Assembly: GCA_964424215.1 (NCBI GenBank)
Contig: CAYRIE010000001.1
Location: 1 to 50,921 of the forward strand
Source of the DNA: an uncultured Pseudobdellovibrionaceae bacterium
Lineage (GTDB): Bacteria; Bdellovibrionota; Bdellovibrionia; Bdellovibrionales; JAGQZY01
Reading direction: 5' to 3'
Length of the DNA: 50,921 bases
Below the pieces are notes generated by a model that saw only the letters and a list, made by a program, of their open reading frames with translations, did no database searches and was not told the origin of the DNA. This document shows positions 9,923 to 17,417 of the stretch, one piece after another (the first letter of the stretch is position 1; each line of letters opens with the position of its first letter). Position numbers and translations under genes: made by a program.

Positions 9923-10641
9923 GCCCAGCCCTTTAGAGTGCGCCATGCAGGGTGAATGGCGACTCGTCCTGAATGAACCGAATCCATGCGGATCAGTCCC
10001 TCAGAAGACAAAATTTCCTGTGCAGCATGAAGGACGGTAGGCTCGTTATCGATCAAGTAGATGGGAGCTGAGGTTTCTTGAGTCAGCTGCCGGCACACCT
10101 GGGCCTTGAATTCAGCATCGGGCAGGGCCCTGGTGGGTTTAAGCCACAAACGGAATCTCGCCTCCACCGGGAAGTTTCTGGACTCAAAATCCAGACGCGT
10201 GGCCTCACCCATGCGCTCTTCATCCCTGGCCGTAAGATAAAACACCCGTGCTGAGGTGCTCTCTTTCACACCGTTTAAGAAAGCTGCGGCCCCTTCAAAT
10301 TCATAATCTTTATGAAGAAAGCGCCCCGAGAAAAAGTGCAGATCCCAAAAGGCCTCCATTTGGAGCATCAGGGGCTCGGGCCAAAGGAAGCCTGCGCGCT
10401 TAAAGGGCTCTTTCCAGCCCCAATCGGTCGCCTCAAACCTCAGGCTCGACAGTGCTGGAGTGCGCCGTAGAGCTTCTGCGCCTTCCGGGACTTCTCTAAG
10501 AAAGGAGTGAAAGATGGCCTCATTGCGCTTGTGTACGTGAAGAAGTGTAGAGTCCACATCCACCAAAACAGTAGGCGAATGCGCCGCTTCAGAGAGCGAC
10601 TGTAACTCCTCTAGCAAATCACTGGAGCGAAGCAAATTCAT
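9919..10641 (-). CDS. HAD-superfamily phosphatase-like protein
   Basis: HAD motif I (VLVDVDSTLL), motif II-like (YLTARDE) and a distal acidic motif (LIDNEP). I used the internal ATG at 10641 (MNLLRSSDLL). The 10866 start would run through the divergent phnD start region. Confidence 0.5.
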   Translation of the reverse strand: MNLLRSSDLLEELQSLSEAAHSPTVLVDVDSTLLHVHKRNEAIFHSFLREVPEGAEALRRTPALSSLRFEATDWGWKEPFKRAGFLWPEPLMLQMEAFWDLHFFSGRFLHKDYEFEGAAAFLNGVKESTSARVFYLTARDEERMGEATRLDFESRNFPVEARFRLWLKPTRALPDAEFKAQVCRQLTQETSAPIYLIDNEPTVLHAAQEILSSEGLIRMDSVHSGRVAIHPAWRTLKGWA

Positions 10642-10768
10642 GGCCCCAGTTAACCAGGGATCTGAGTTGGCGCAAAGGCTTTTGTCTTGGCCCCTACCTA
10701 TGAATCTGTTACAAGCAGGGCCTAACTTAAGGCTGAAGCCCCACGGGTAGGGGCTGGGGGAGCTCCTG

Positions 10769-11686
10769 ATGCGACAAATAGTCCTTTCCATCGTTGCGAC
10801 ACTTCTGTTCGCAAGTGGGTGCACCATTGACAGGGGTGAGCTGGGAACTGAGAAAAACCCCATCAAATTGTTCTTCGTTCCCTCTGTAGAGAGTCAGACG
10901 ATCAAAGACTCCTCGGGGGAGATTAAAAGACTTTTAGAGCAGTCCACCCCCTACAAGTATGAAATCCGAATTCCTGAAAGTTATGTGGCTGTCGTCGAGG
11001 CTTTCGGCGCCAAACGGGTGGACGTTGCGGCGTTGAACACCTTCGGTTACGTGCTGGCCCGAGAGAAGTTCGCTGCAGAGGCTAAGATCACAGTCATCCG
11101 CCACGGCCACTCCACCTACCGGGCTGCCTTTTATGCAAAAGCCGATGGACCTGTTCAGGCGCTGGCTGACTTGGAAGATCAGCCGATAGCCTACGTGGAC
11201 CCGGCCAGTGCCTCAGGTTACCTGCTCCCCAAAAAAGAGCTCAAAGAGCGCGGCATTGAGCCCTCCAATGAAGTGTTTGCCATGAGTCACGATGCCGTGA
11301 TCTCCATGATCTACCAGGGCAGGGTCCCCGCCGGCGCCGCCTTCTACTCTCCTCCCCAGGATGGCGAGGTCCAAGATGCGCGAAGGTTTGTGCAAACCCA
11401 GTTCCCCGACGTGATGGACAAGATAAAAATCCTCCACCTCACCGCAGACATTCCGAACGAGCCCATAGTGTTCCGCAAAGACATGCCTGAGGCTATGAAG
11501 GAAGAGGTTGTTACAGCGCTTCTTAAGCTGGCGCAAACAGATGATGGCAAGACCGCCCTCTTTCAGATGTTCGGTATCACGGAGCTAAAGAGGTCCACCG
11601 ACGCAGATTACGAAGGTGTCGTAAAGATGCTCCGAGATTTAGGTAAGTCAGCCACCGAGCTCGTGACACCCGAAGAGAAGAAATAA
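10769..11686 (+). CDS. phnD: Phosphonate/phosphite ABC transporter substrate-binding lipoprotein
   Basis: Lipoprotein signal (LLFASGC). PhnD-like periplasmic binding protein, immediately followed by phnC-like and phnE-like genes. Confidence 0.75.
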   Translation: MRQIVLSIVATLLFASGCTIDRGELGTEKNPIKLFFVPSVESQTIKDSSGEIKRLLEQSTPYKYEIRIPESYVAVVEAFGAKRVDVAALNTFGYVLAREKFAAEAKITVIRHGHSTYRAAFYAKADGPVQALADLEDQPIAYVDPASASGYLLPKKELKERGIEPSNEVFAMSHDAVISMIYQGRVPAGAAFYSPPQDGEVQDARRFVQTQFPDVMDKIKILHLTADIPNEPIVFRKDMPEAMKEEVVTALLKLAQTDDGKTALFQMFGITELKRSTDADYEGVVKMLRDLGKSATELVTPEEKK

Positions 11687-11688
11687 TA

Positions 11689-12459
11689 ATGGAAGACAAT
11701 ATCCTTTCGGTTAAGAATCTAGGCAAAGTCTACCCCAACGGAGTAGAGGCGCTTAAAGGCGTTAGCTTCGACGTAAAGAGGGGTGAATTTTTAGTGATTA
11801 TTGGTTTGAGCGGCTCGGGCAAATCGACTTTGCTCAGATGCTTAAACCGGCTCCACGACCCCACTTCTGGGGAGGTCTTTTTTGAGGGCCAGGACGTTGC
11901 CAAGGTGGAAGGTGCTGAAATCAAAGCCGTTCGCAAGAACATGGCAATGATCTTTCAGCAGTTCAATTTGATTGATCGCCACAGTGTTTTAAGCAACGTC
12001 CTGATGGGAGCACTTTCGCGCACATCCACTCTTCGCAGCATGCTCGGACTGTATGGCAAGGAGCAAGTAGCTAAAGCTACCGACTATCTGAAGCTAGTTG
12101 GCATCGCTGAAAAAAAGCACAACCGCGCAGGTCAGCTCTCCGGCGGACAGCAGCAGCGCGTGGCCATCGCCAGGGCCCTTACGCAAGAGCCCAAAGTTTT
12201 GTTAGCAGATGAGCCCGTCGCCAGCTTGGACCCTGCCACTTGTCACGTCGTGATGGACTACCTGAAAAAGGTCAATGAGGAGCTCGGGTTGACCATCGTG
12301 TGCAACCTGCACTTTCTTAGCCTGGTTCGTCAGTACGCTACGCGAGTGATTGCCCTTAAGGGCGGTGAGATCGTTTACGAGGGAAGCCCGGCTGCCATCG
12401 ACGACAGCTGGTTTGAAAAGATCTACGGTGAAGGCGCGCGCCAAGTGCATATCAATTGA
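11689..12459 (+). CDS. phnC: Phosphonate ABC transporter ATP-binding protein
   Basis: Walker A GLSGSGKST, signature LSGGQQQRVAIARAL, Walker B LLADEPVASLD. PhnC-like N-terminus (LSVKNLGKVYPNGVEALKGVSF). Confidence 0.85.
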   Translation: MEDNILSVKNLGKVYPNGVEALKGVSFDVKRGEFLVIIGLSGSGKSTLLRCLNRLHDPTSGEVFFEGQDVAKVEGAEIKAVRKNMAMIFQQFNLIDRHSVLSNVLMGALSRTSTLRSMLGLYGKEQVAKATDYLKLVGIAEKKHNRAGQLSGGQQQRVAIARALTQEPKVLLADEPVASLDPATCHVVMDYLKKVNEELGLTIVCNLHFLSLVRQYATRVIALKGGEIVYEGSPAAIDDSWFEKIYGEGARQVHIN

Positions 12460-12470
12460 GGGGATGAGCG

Positions 12471-13496
12471 GTGTATAAAAAGCTTCAAAGAGTCTTCTTT
12501 GACGGTTTCGTTTTTGCCTATTTTGGCTTTGTGGCCTGGGTGATCTTCTTGCGGCCCAGTGAAGATGTGTTGGTGGCGCTCAAGACTCCGGCCATCACCG
12601 CTCTTGTTCTGTTTGCTATCGGGAGTGTGCTCGCTGCCTTCTTATTAAAGGCACGGGTATCGACCCTGGGGCACATGCTGTTTGCACCTATCCACTTGCG
12701 GCCCTCGGAGCCAGTTCCCTGGTACCGCAGCTTTTGGGTGCTTCAAACGCTGCTCCTCACTCTCATTACGATTTATATCGGAATTCGCGTTGTGGACGTG
12801 AATCTACTCAGGCTTCTGGATCGGGACGCACTGGTGTCCGTGAGCCGTCTTTTTAGAGACATACTCAATCCCGACTGGGGTGTTTTGCCTGAGGCCATCG
12901 TTAAAATCATCGAGACTATATTAATAGCCTTTATGGCTACCTTGATCGCCGTGCCCGTGGCGTTCATCTTGAGTTTTTTCTGCGCCAAAAACATCATGGG
13001 CGGATCTGCTTTTGGGCTTTTCGTTTATGGATTTCTGCGCACTTCCTTTAACGTCATGCGCTCGATTGAACCCATTCTTTGGGCCATCATCTTTGCGGTT
13101 TGGGTGTCCTTTGGCCCCTTTGCAGGTATGCTCGCTCTGATGGTTCACTCCGTGGCCTCACTGGCTAAACAGTTTTCAGAGATTGTGGAGTGTGTGAACG
13201 ATGGCCCGCTGGAAGGGATCCGGGCCACAGGCGCAGGCTTTATGCAGGTGCTTTGGTTTGCAGTGGTACCCCAAGTGGTGCTGCCCTACATTTCTTTCAC
13301 GATCTATCGTTGGGACATCAACGTTCGCATGGCCACCATTTTGGGCTTTGTTGGCGGTGGAGGCATAGGGGAGATGCTTCTCAGATACCAGCGTCTGTCG
13401 AACTGGCCTCAGGTGGGAACCATCATTGTGGTCGTCGCTGTGGTTGTTTGGCTTATGGACAGCTTCTCAGCCTATGTGCGCGAAGCCATTAAGTAG
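12471..13496 (+). CDS. phnE: Phosphonate ABC transporter permease
   Basis: 341 aa multi-TM permease with a PhnE-like EAA region (LEGIRATGAGFMQVLWFAVVPQVVLPY). GTG start. Confidence 0.8.
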   Translation: MYKKLQRVFFDGFVFAYFGFVAWVIFLRPSEDVLVALKTPAITALVLFAIGSVLAAFLLKARVSTLGHMLFAPIHLRPSEPVPWYRSFWVLQTLLLTLITIYIGIRVVDVNLLRLLDRDALVSVSRLFRDILNPDWGVLPEAIVKIIETILIAFMATLIAVPVAFILSFFCAKNIMGGSAFGLFVYGFLRTSFNVMRSIEPILWAIIFAVWVSFGPFAGMLALMVHSVASLAKQFSEIVECVNDGPLEGIRATGAGFMQVLWFAVVPQVVLPYISFTIYRWDINVRMATILGFVGGGGIGEMLLRYQRLSNWPQVGTIIVVVAVVVWLMDSFSAYVREAIK

Positions 13497-13505
13497 CCGC
13501 TTTTA

Positions 13506-13613
13506 TTAGAGTCGCTGTCCCAGCAGCCGGGCGGAGCGTCCGGCTAAAGCGATGACGCTCAAACAGCTAAGAACCCAAACCATCAAAAGTGTGATCGTAC
13601 TGAAATCGTTCAT
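13506..13613 (-). CDS. Candidate 35-aa hydrophobic mini-protein (below the ORF-track size cutoff)
   Basis: The minus strand reads AAAGGAGGTCAGACG-ATG, a strong Shine-Dalgarno with a 7 nt spacer. It is followed by MNDFSTITLLMVWVLSCLSVIALAGRSARLLGQRL and a double stop (TAATAA). There is one predicted TM helix and no family assignment. Confidence 0.35.
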   Translation of the reverse strand: MNDFSTITLLMVWVLSCLSVIALAGRSARLLGQRL

Positions 13614-13682
13614 CGTCTGACCTCCTTTGTATGGAACCGTTTCCTTTGTCTGGCCCTCCGCGCCCGTTCAGCCGTCATGTAT

Positions 13683-13701
13683 ATTTAAAGTTACTTTAAA
13701 T
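13683..13701. promoter_or_regulatory. Perfect 9-1-9 palindrome ATTTAAAGT-T-ACTTTAAAT, a candidate operator in the divergent intergenic region
   Basis: Read directly from the sequence. It lies between the minus-strand mini-ORF (start 13613) and the plus-strand HTH gene (start 13776). Confidence 0.35.
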
Positions 13702-13775
13702 GTCTTTGGAAAACCGGGCCGTGTTGCTAAAACGCAAATCTTGCTCATCTGTGCAACATACGAAGGAAATTCCGA

Positions 13776-14186
13776 ATGACTTTAGAGCAGAAAATTCGAT
13801 TTCTCGTTAAAAGTAGCAACCAGTCCCTTCGTGAAATTGCCGCTGTGGCTGACATAACTCCCTCCTGCTTATCCCGTTATTTGGCTGGCAAAGCTCAGCT
13901 CCGATCCGATTCTTTCCTCAGATTGCTGAGCGCCTTGGGCATCCACCTTGAGAAGGATGTAGACAAGAGGCTCGCTCGGAAGCTGCATGTGCAGAGTCCC
14001 GCGAACGTAGAAGAGGCCTTAGGTTTTAGCTACCGCCTTTTGCCGAGTCTTGAGAAACGGCGGGTTTTAAAGGTGCTGCTTCGCCACCTTTCTAGCGGGA
14101 AAATCAGAGATCAGCACAGTGCTCAGATTGTGGCCAAGGAGTTAATGCACGAGCGAGGAACCCTTGAGCTTCGGCAGGAGGCTTAA
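13776..14186 (+). CDS. Helix-turn-helix protein (resembles the N-terminal half of TIGR02147/DUF4423-type regulators)
   Basis: HTH-like segment SLREIAAVADITPSCLSRYLAGKAQLRSDSFLRLLSALGI. The stop TAA shares its last base with the ATG of the next ORF (TAATG). Confidence 0.55.
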   Translation: MTLEQKIRFLVKSSNQSLREIAAVADITPSCLSRYLAGKAQLRSDSFLRLLSALGIHLEKDVDKRLARKLHVQSPANVEEALGFSYRLLPSLEKRRVLKVLLRHLSSGKIRDQHSAQIVAKELMHERGTLELRQEA

Positions 14187-14707
14187 TGACTGAAATGGAT
14201 GGTCTAACTTTAAAGGCGGGCTACAGGAAAGACTCCATGTCTTTAAGCGATGCCGATCGAATATTTTCTCAGTCGCTGTTCTGTAAGAAAATCTATCAGC
14301 TGATCCAGCTGGACAACTTCCAGCCCTCGGCCGCTTGGATCTCTAAGGCGGTGGGAGTTACCGAAAAAGAGGTGGCCGTCGCCCTGGACTCGCTGCTGAC
14401 CTTGGGGCTTATTGCCCGGACCAGTGCGGGCTATGAAGTGACGGATAAAGTATATGACAAGAAGAACTCTGAAGCCGAAGGCCATCTGGCCTTCACCGAG
14501 GAGCTTTTGAGCGAGCCGCTGAGCAAAGTGTCCGGTTTCGCTAACGGCAGTTTCGCTACCAACCTCGAAGCCATTTTGAAGTTTCACGATGCGATCAGAG
14601 AGGCCATTGACGGCTTGATGGAAGACTCTAAGAGCGCAGCTACAAAAGACTTCGTCTACAGCATGTCATTTTCTTCCTACAAAGACTCAAAGGAGAATCC
14701 GTCGTGA
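14186..14707 (+). CDS. DUF4423-like protein (resembles the C-terminal half of the TIGR02147 family)
   Basis: Winged-helix-like segment (AAWISKAVGVTEKEVAVALDSLLTLGLIARTSAGYEVTDK). It is translationally coupled to both neighbours. The assignment is from memory of the family pattern only. Confidence 0.45.
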   Translation: MTEMDGLTLKAGYRKDSMSLSDADRIFSQSLFCKKIYQLIQLDNFQPSAAWISKAVGVTEKEVAVALDSLLTLGLIARTSAGYEVTDKVYDKKNSEAEGHLAFTEELLSEPLSKVSGFANGSFATNLEAILKFHDAIREAIDGLMEDSKSAATKDFVYSMSFSSYKDSKENPS

Positions 14708-15318
14708 AGTACTTGATGGCCCTGTTTATGCTATTTTTTTCGGTGATAACTCTGGCCCAAATCAACACAGGTGGGCCAGACTTTCCCATATCTTTGACCG
14801 TCATCCAGGAAGGTTTTCCCAGCCTGAACTTTAAAGATCATCAAGTGGCGCCGGTGGTGATTCATGATGTAGTGGTGGATCAGTACAAAGTGGTCTCTAG
14901 CTCCGATCTGAACATCATCATTCAGACACTTAGACCCGAGTCCATGGCGGAGGTCTATGGGATGCTTTCAGATGCCAACCATTTTATTGAGACGGACTTA
15001 GAGCCCATCGATGGACCTCTTGAAGTTTACGGCTATCACTTGCCACCGGAAGACCCAGCGGAAAACATAGACACTCTCACCGCCTATGGCGATTTCGTTT
15101 TGAGAATGTTAAATTTCTATGAAATTTTCAGTCCGCTGATCGGCTACCCCATTGTTGTTCTTGCTCTGCCCAGAGAGGTCCAACTGTCTTGGATCTCTTT
15201 CCTGATAGCTCACAACGTTTTTGGAAGAAACACAGACGAGGTGATCTACGTTCCCGTCAAAAAACCTGAGAATCCTAAAGAGCAGCGAGCCAGCGGCTAC
15301 CCGCCAAAGGCCCAGTAG
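14704..15318 (+). CDS. Hypothetical secreted protein
   Basis: GTG start overlaps the upstream stop (GTGA). Signal peptide MKYLMALFMLFFSVITLAQ. No recognisable domain. Confidence 0.45.
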   Translation: MKYLMALFMLFFSVITLAQINTGGPDFPISLTVIQEGFPSLNFKDHQVAPVVIHDVVVDQYKVVSSSDLNIIIQTLRPESMAEVYGMLSDANHFIETDLEPIDGPLEVYGYHLPPEDPAENIDTLTAYGDFVLRMLNFYEIFSPLIGYPIVVLALPREVQLSWISFLIAHNVFGRNTDEVIYVPVKKPENPKEQRASGYPPKAQ

Positions 15319-15459
15319 ACGGAGTGCAATCTTTTAGGAAATGACCAAGTTCTTATCATCTTTCTGAGCGGCACTGGGTGAAGTGTTTCATTTGGGGCCG
15401 CTGAGGTCTAATTTTCCCCCACCTCCTTTAGTCTGAATCATATTTATCCGATTTTTAGC

Positions 15460-16299
15460 ATGAATCTGAAACTTTTTAAGGGTTTGAGGTACCTCATGCA
15501 AAAACAATTCTATGTGAGTCTAAAAGGTGAGCAGGCGGGACCCTTCAGCGTCGATGAGATAGTTGCCAAAGTAAGTCAGAAGGAGTTATCCGCTACCGAC
15601 TACTGCTATGACGACTCAAGTGAGGACTGGGTTCTCCTAGGGGAGCATCCCACCCTGTCAGATCATGTGAAAAAGGCTTCCGGAGATCTAGTACAGGTCA
15701 CAGAAGAGCTGGTGTCTCACGCATCGCCCCCTGGTGAGATCGAGTGGTTTGTTCTCAAAGGGGAGAACAAGTTTGGACCCTTCACCTTTAATGATCTTAT
15801 TAAAATGCTTCAAGAGAAGTCCATTTTCGAGTTCGACTATGTTTGGCACACAGACCTTACCACTTGGCAAAGAATTGCAGAGGTGGCCGAGTTTCGGCCG
15901 CATAACATTAAAAGGCTGAGAGATTCGGGCAAAGCCACTATTTCAGATATCTTCTTCCGACGCAGACACATGCGCGTTGACTGGGAATCCTCCATTATCA
16001 TCCATGACAATCGCCATTTATGGAGGGGTGAGAGCCTAGAGATCAGCGCAGGTGGCGCGGGAGTGGTGATTCAAAACGCCTCACTGAACCCGGGTCAGTC
16101 GCTTTACCTTCACTTTAAACCAGCAGACGGTGTGCCCGCCTTCAATGCGGTCTGTGAGATCGTCTCTAAGCAGTATGTGAAAGACGCCAAGGGGAGTGAT
16201 TCTCCCGTTAGATACGGTGTGAAATTCACTAAGATCAACACGACCACGCAGCGTGCACTTCAAGAGTACGCCGACAAGAAGGGAAGTGTGGCGGCTTAA
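15460..16299 (+). CDS. Tandem GYF_2 (DUF4339) domains + C-terminal PilZ domain protein (putative c-di-GMP receptor)
   Basis: Two GYF_2-like segments (FYVSLKGEQAGPFSVDEIV ... SEDWVLLGEHPTL, and WFVLKGENKFGPFTFNDLI ... TWQRIAEVAEF). PilZ motifs RRRHMR (15958-15975) and EISAGG (from 16039) are about 21 residues apart. An alternative ATG at 15496 (MQKQFYV) has a GAGG 8 nt upstream. Confidence 0.65.
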   Translation: MNLKLFKGLRYLMQKQFYVSLKGEQAGPFSVDEIVAKVSQKELSATDYCYDDSSEDWVLLGEHPTLSDHVKKASGDLVQVTEELVSHASPPGEIEWFVLKGENKFGPFTFNDLIKMLQEKSIFEFDYVWHTDLTTWQRIAEVAEFRPHNIKRLRDSGKATISDIFFRRRHMRVDWESSIIIHDNRHLWRGESLEISAGGAGVVIQNASLNPGQSLYLHFKPADGVPAFNAVCEIVSKQYVKDAKGSDSPVRYGVKFTKINTTTQRALQEYADKKGSVAA

Positions 16300-16372
16300 G
16301 ACCTGATCAGATTACTAGTTAGTCAGCTGTGCTCGAACCTATGCATGTACCCTCCAGAGCGCAACCAGCAAC

Positions 16373-17395
16373 ATGAAACGGAACGATATGGGTGCATGCA
16401 AATCAGAAAAACATTTTGAGCTATTGAGAGCGGGGCTATGGCTGTCCGTCATTTTCGTTCTGTCCTGCTCTACCGATCAGCAGTTTTCGATCATGCCTTC
16501 TCAGGAAGTTATCGAAACGAACCTAAGTTACAACAACGAAGTGGACGTGCTGTTTGTGGTTGATACTTCAGCCACCATGTCCGCCCATCAGGTGGATCTA
16601 TCAGAGCAGACACCTTACTTTCTGGAGGCTCTGATTGACACCAAACTGGACTTCCGGATCGCCGTGACCACTATGGACATGCGGCCCGCTGGAGAGCGCG
16701 GCCAGTTTGTCGGCTTCCCCAAAGTTCTGACAGCTCACACCCCTCAGCTTTACCGACTCCTTGAGGATCGAATCGCCCTTATGGGTGAGGGCGGTGGTTC
16801 TGTTGAGCGGGGGCTTGAGGCTATGCAAACGGCACTTGAGCGAGAAGCCGGCCTGGCTAGCAGTCAGTTTTTCAGGCCCGATGCACTCTTAGTCCTAGTG
16901 TTTCTGACCAACGAAGATGACACCAGTCCGGCCCTCGATTACGTGGCTCTGCTGGATGGCTTGAAGCCGCCCCTACCATCGGGGGAGCGCAGCTGGGTCA
17001 GTCACTTTATTGGTGTTCTTCCTGGTGGTTACAACTGCGCGGCCTTTGAGGGGCAGTATGTGCCCGGCTACAAGTATCTTCCACTTTCCCAAGCTTCAGG
17101 CGGGGTGATGGAAAACATATGCACGGCCGATCTAGGTGTGGCGGTGGGGTCCATCCGTAGCCGCGTCATTCAATATGTCACCGATATCCGTTTGGACCGG
17201 GTTCCTGATCTTAGCACCGTGCGGGTGAAGGTTAACGGTCAGGCTGTGCCCAAAAGCAGTGTCAATGGCTGGTCCTATGTCAGCGAGTTCAATTTGATTC
17301 GCTTTCACGGCTCGGCCATACCCAAGGCGGACGCACTTGTACAAATAGATTTTGATCCCATTGGAATTAAAGAAAGTCTTAAGAAGAGTTTTTAA
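16373..17395 (+). CDS. von Willebrand factor A-like lipoprotein
   Basis: Signal peptide with a lipobox-like VLSC. MIDAS-like DTSAT (D at 16562) in the context VDVLFVVDTSATMS. A later VLVFLTNEDD strand is typical of vWA folds. Confidence 0.55.
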   Translation: MKRNDMGACKSEKHFELLRAGLWLSVIFVLSCSTDQQFSIMPSQEVIETNLSYNNEVDVLFVVDTSATMSAHQVDLSEQTPYFLEALIDTKLDFRIAVTTMDMRPAGERGQFVGFPKVLTAHTPQLYRLLEDRIALMGEGGGSVERGLEAMQTALEREAGLASSQFFRPDALLVLVFLTNEDDTSPALDYVALLDGLKPPLPSGERSWVSHFIGVLPGGYNCAAFEGQYVPGYKYLPLSQASGGVMENICTADLGVAVGSIRSRVIQYVTDIRLDRVPDLSTVRVKVNGQAVPKSSVNGWSYVSEFNLIRFHGSAIPKADALVQIDFDPIGIKESLKKSF

Positions 17396-17417
17396 GGAAG
17401 GAATTTAGGGGGACACC

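Noticed and set aside
10690-10754. A 9-bp inverted repeat (GCCCCTACC ... GGTAGGGGC) separated by 47 nt in the HAD/phnD divergent region. I also looked there for a Pho-box.
   Set aside because: A long-loop pairing of this size can arise by chance. I could not recognise a Pho-box-like direct repeat or a known riboswitch pattern. It is worth a covariance-model scan but is not reportable.
10642-10866. N-terminal 75-codon extension of the HAD-like ORF.
   Set aside because: It would overlap the divergent phnD start (10769) and its promoter region. The internal ATG at 10641 sits about 20 residues before HAD motif I.
15356-15430. A minus-strand AGGAGGTGGGGG motif followed by an 11-codon ORF (MKHFTQCRSER), in the gap before the PilZ gene.
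   Set aside because: The motif is about 25-30 nt from the ATG, which is too far for an SD, and the ORF is tiny.
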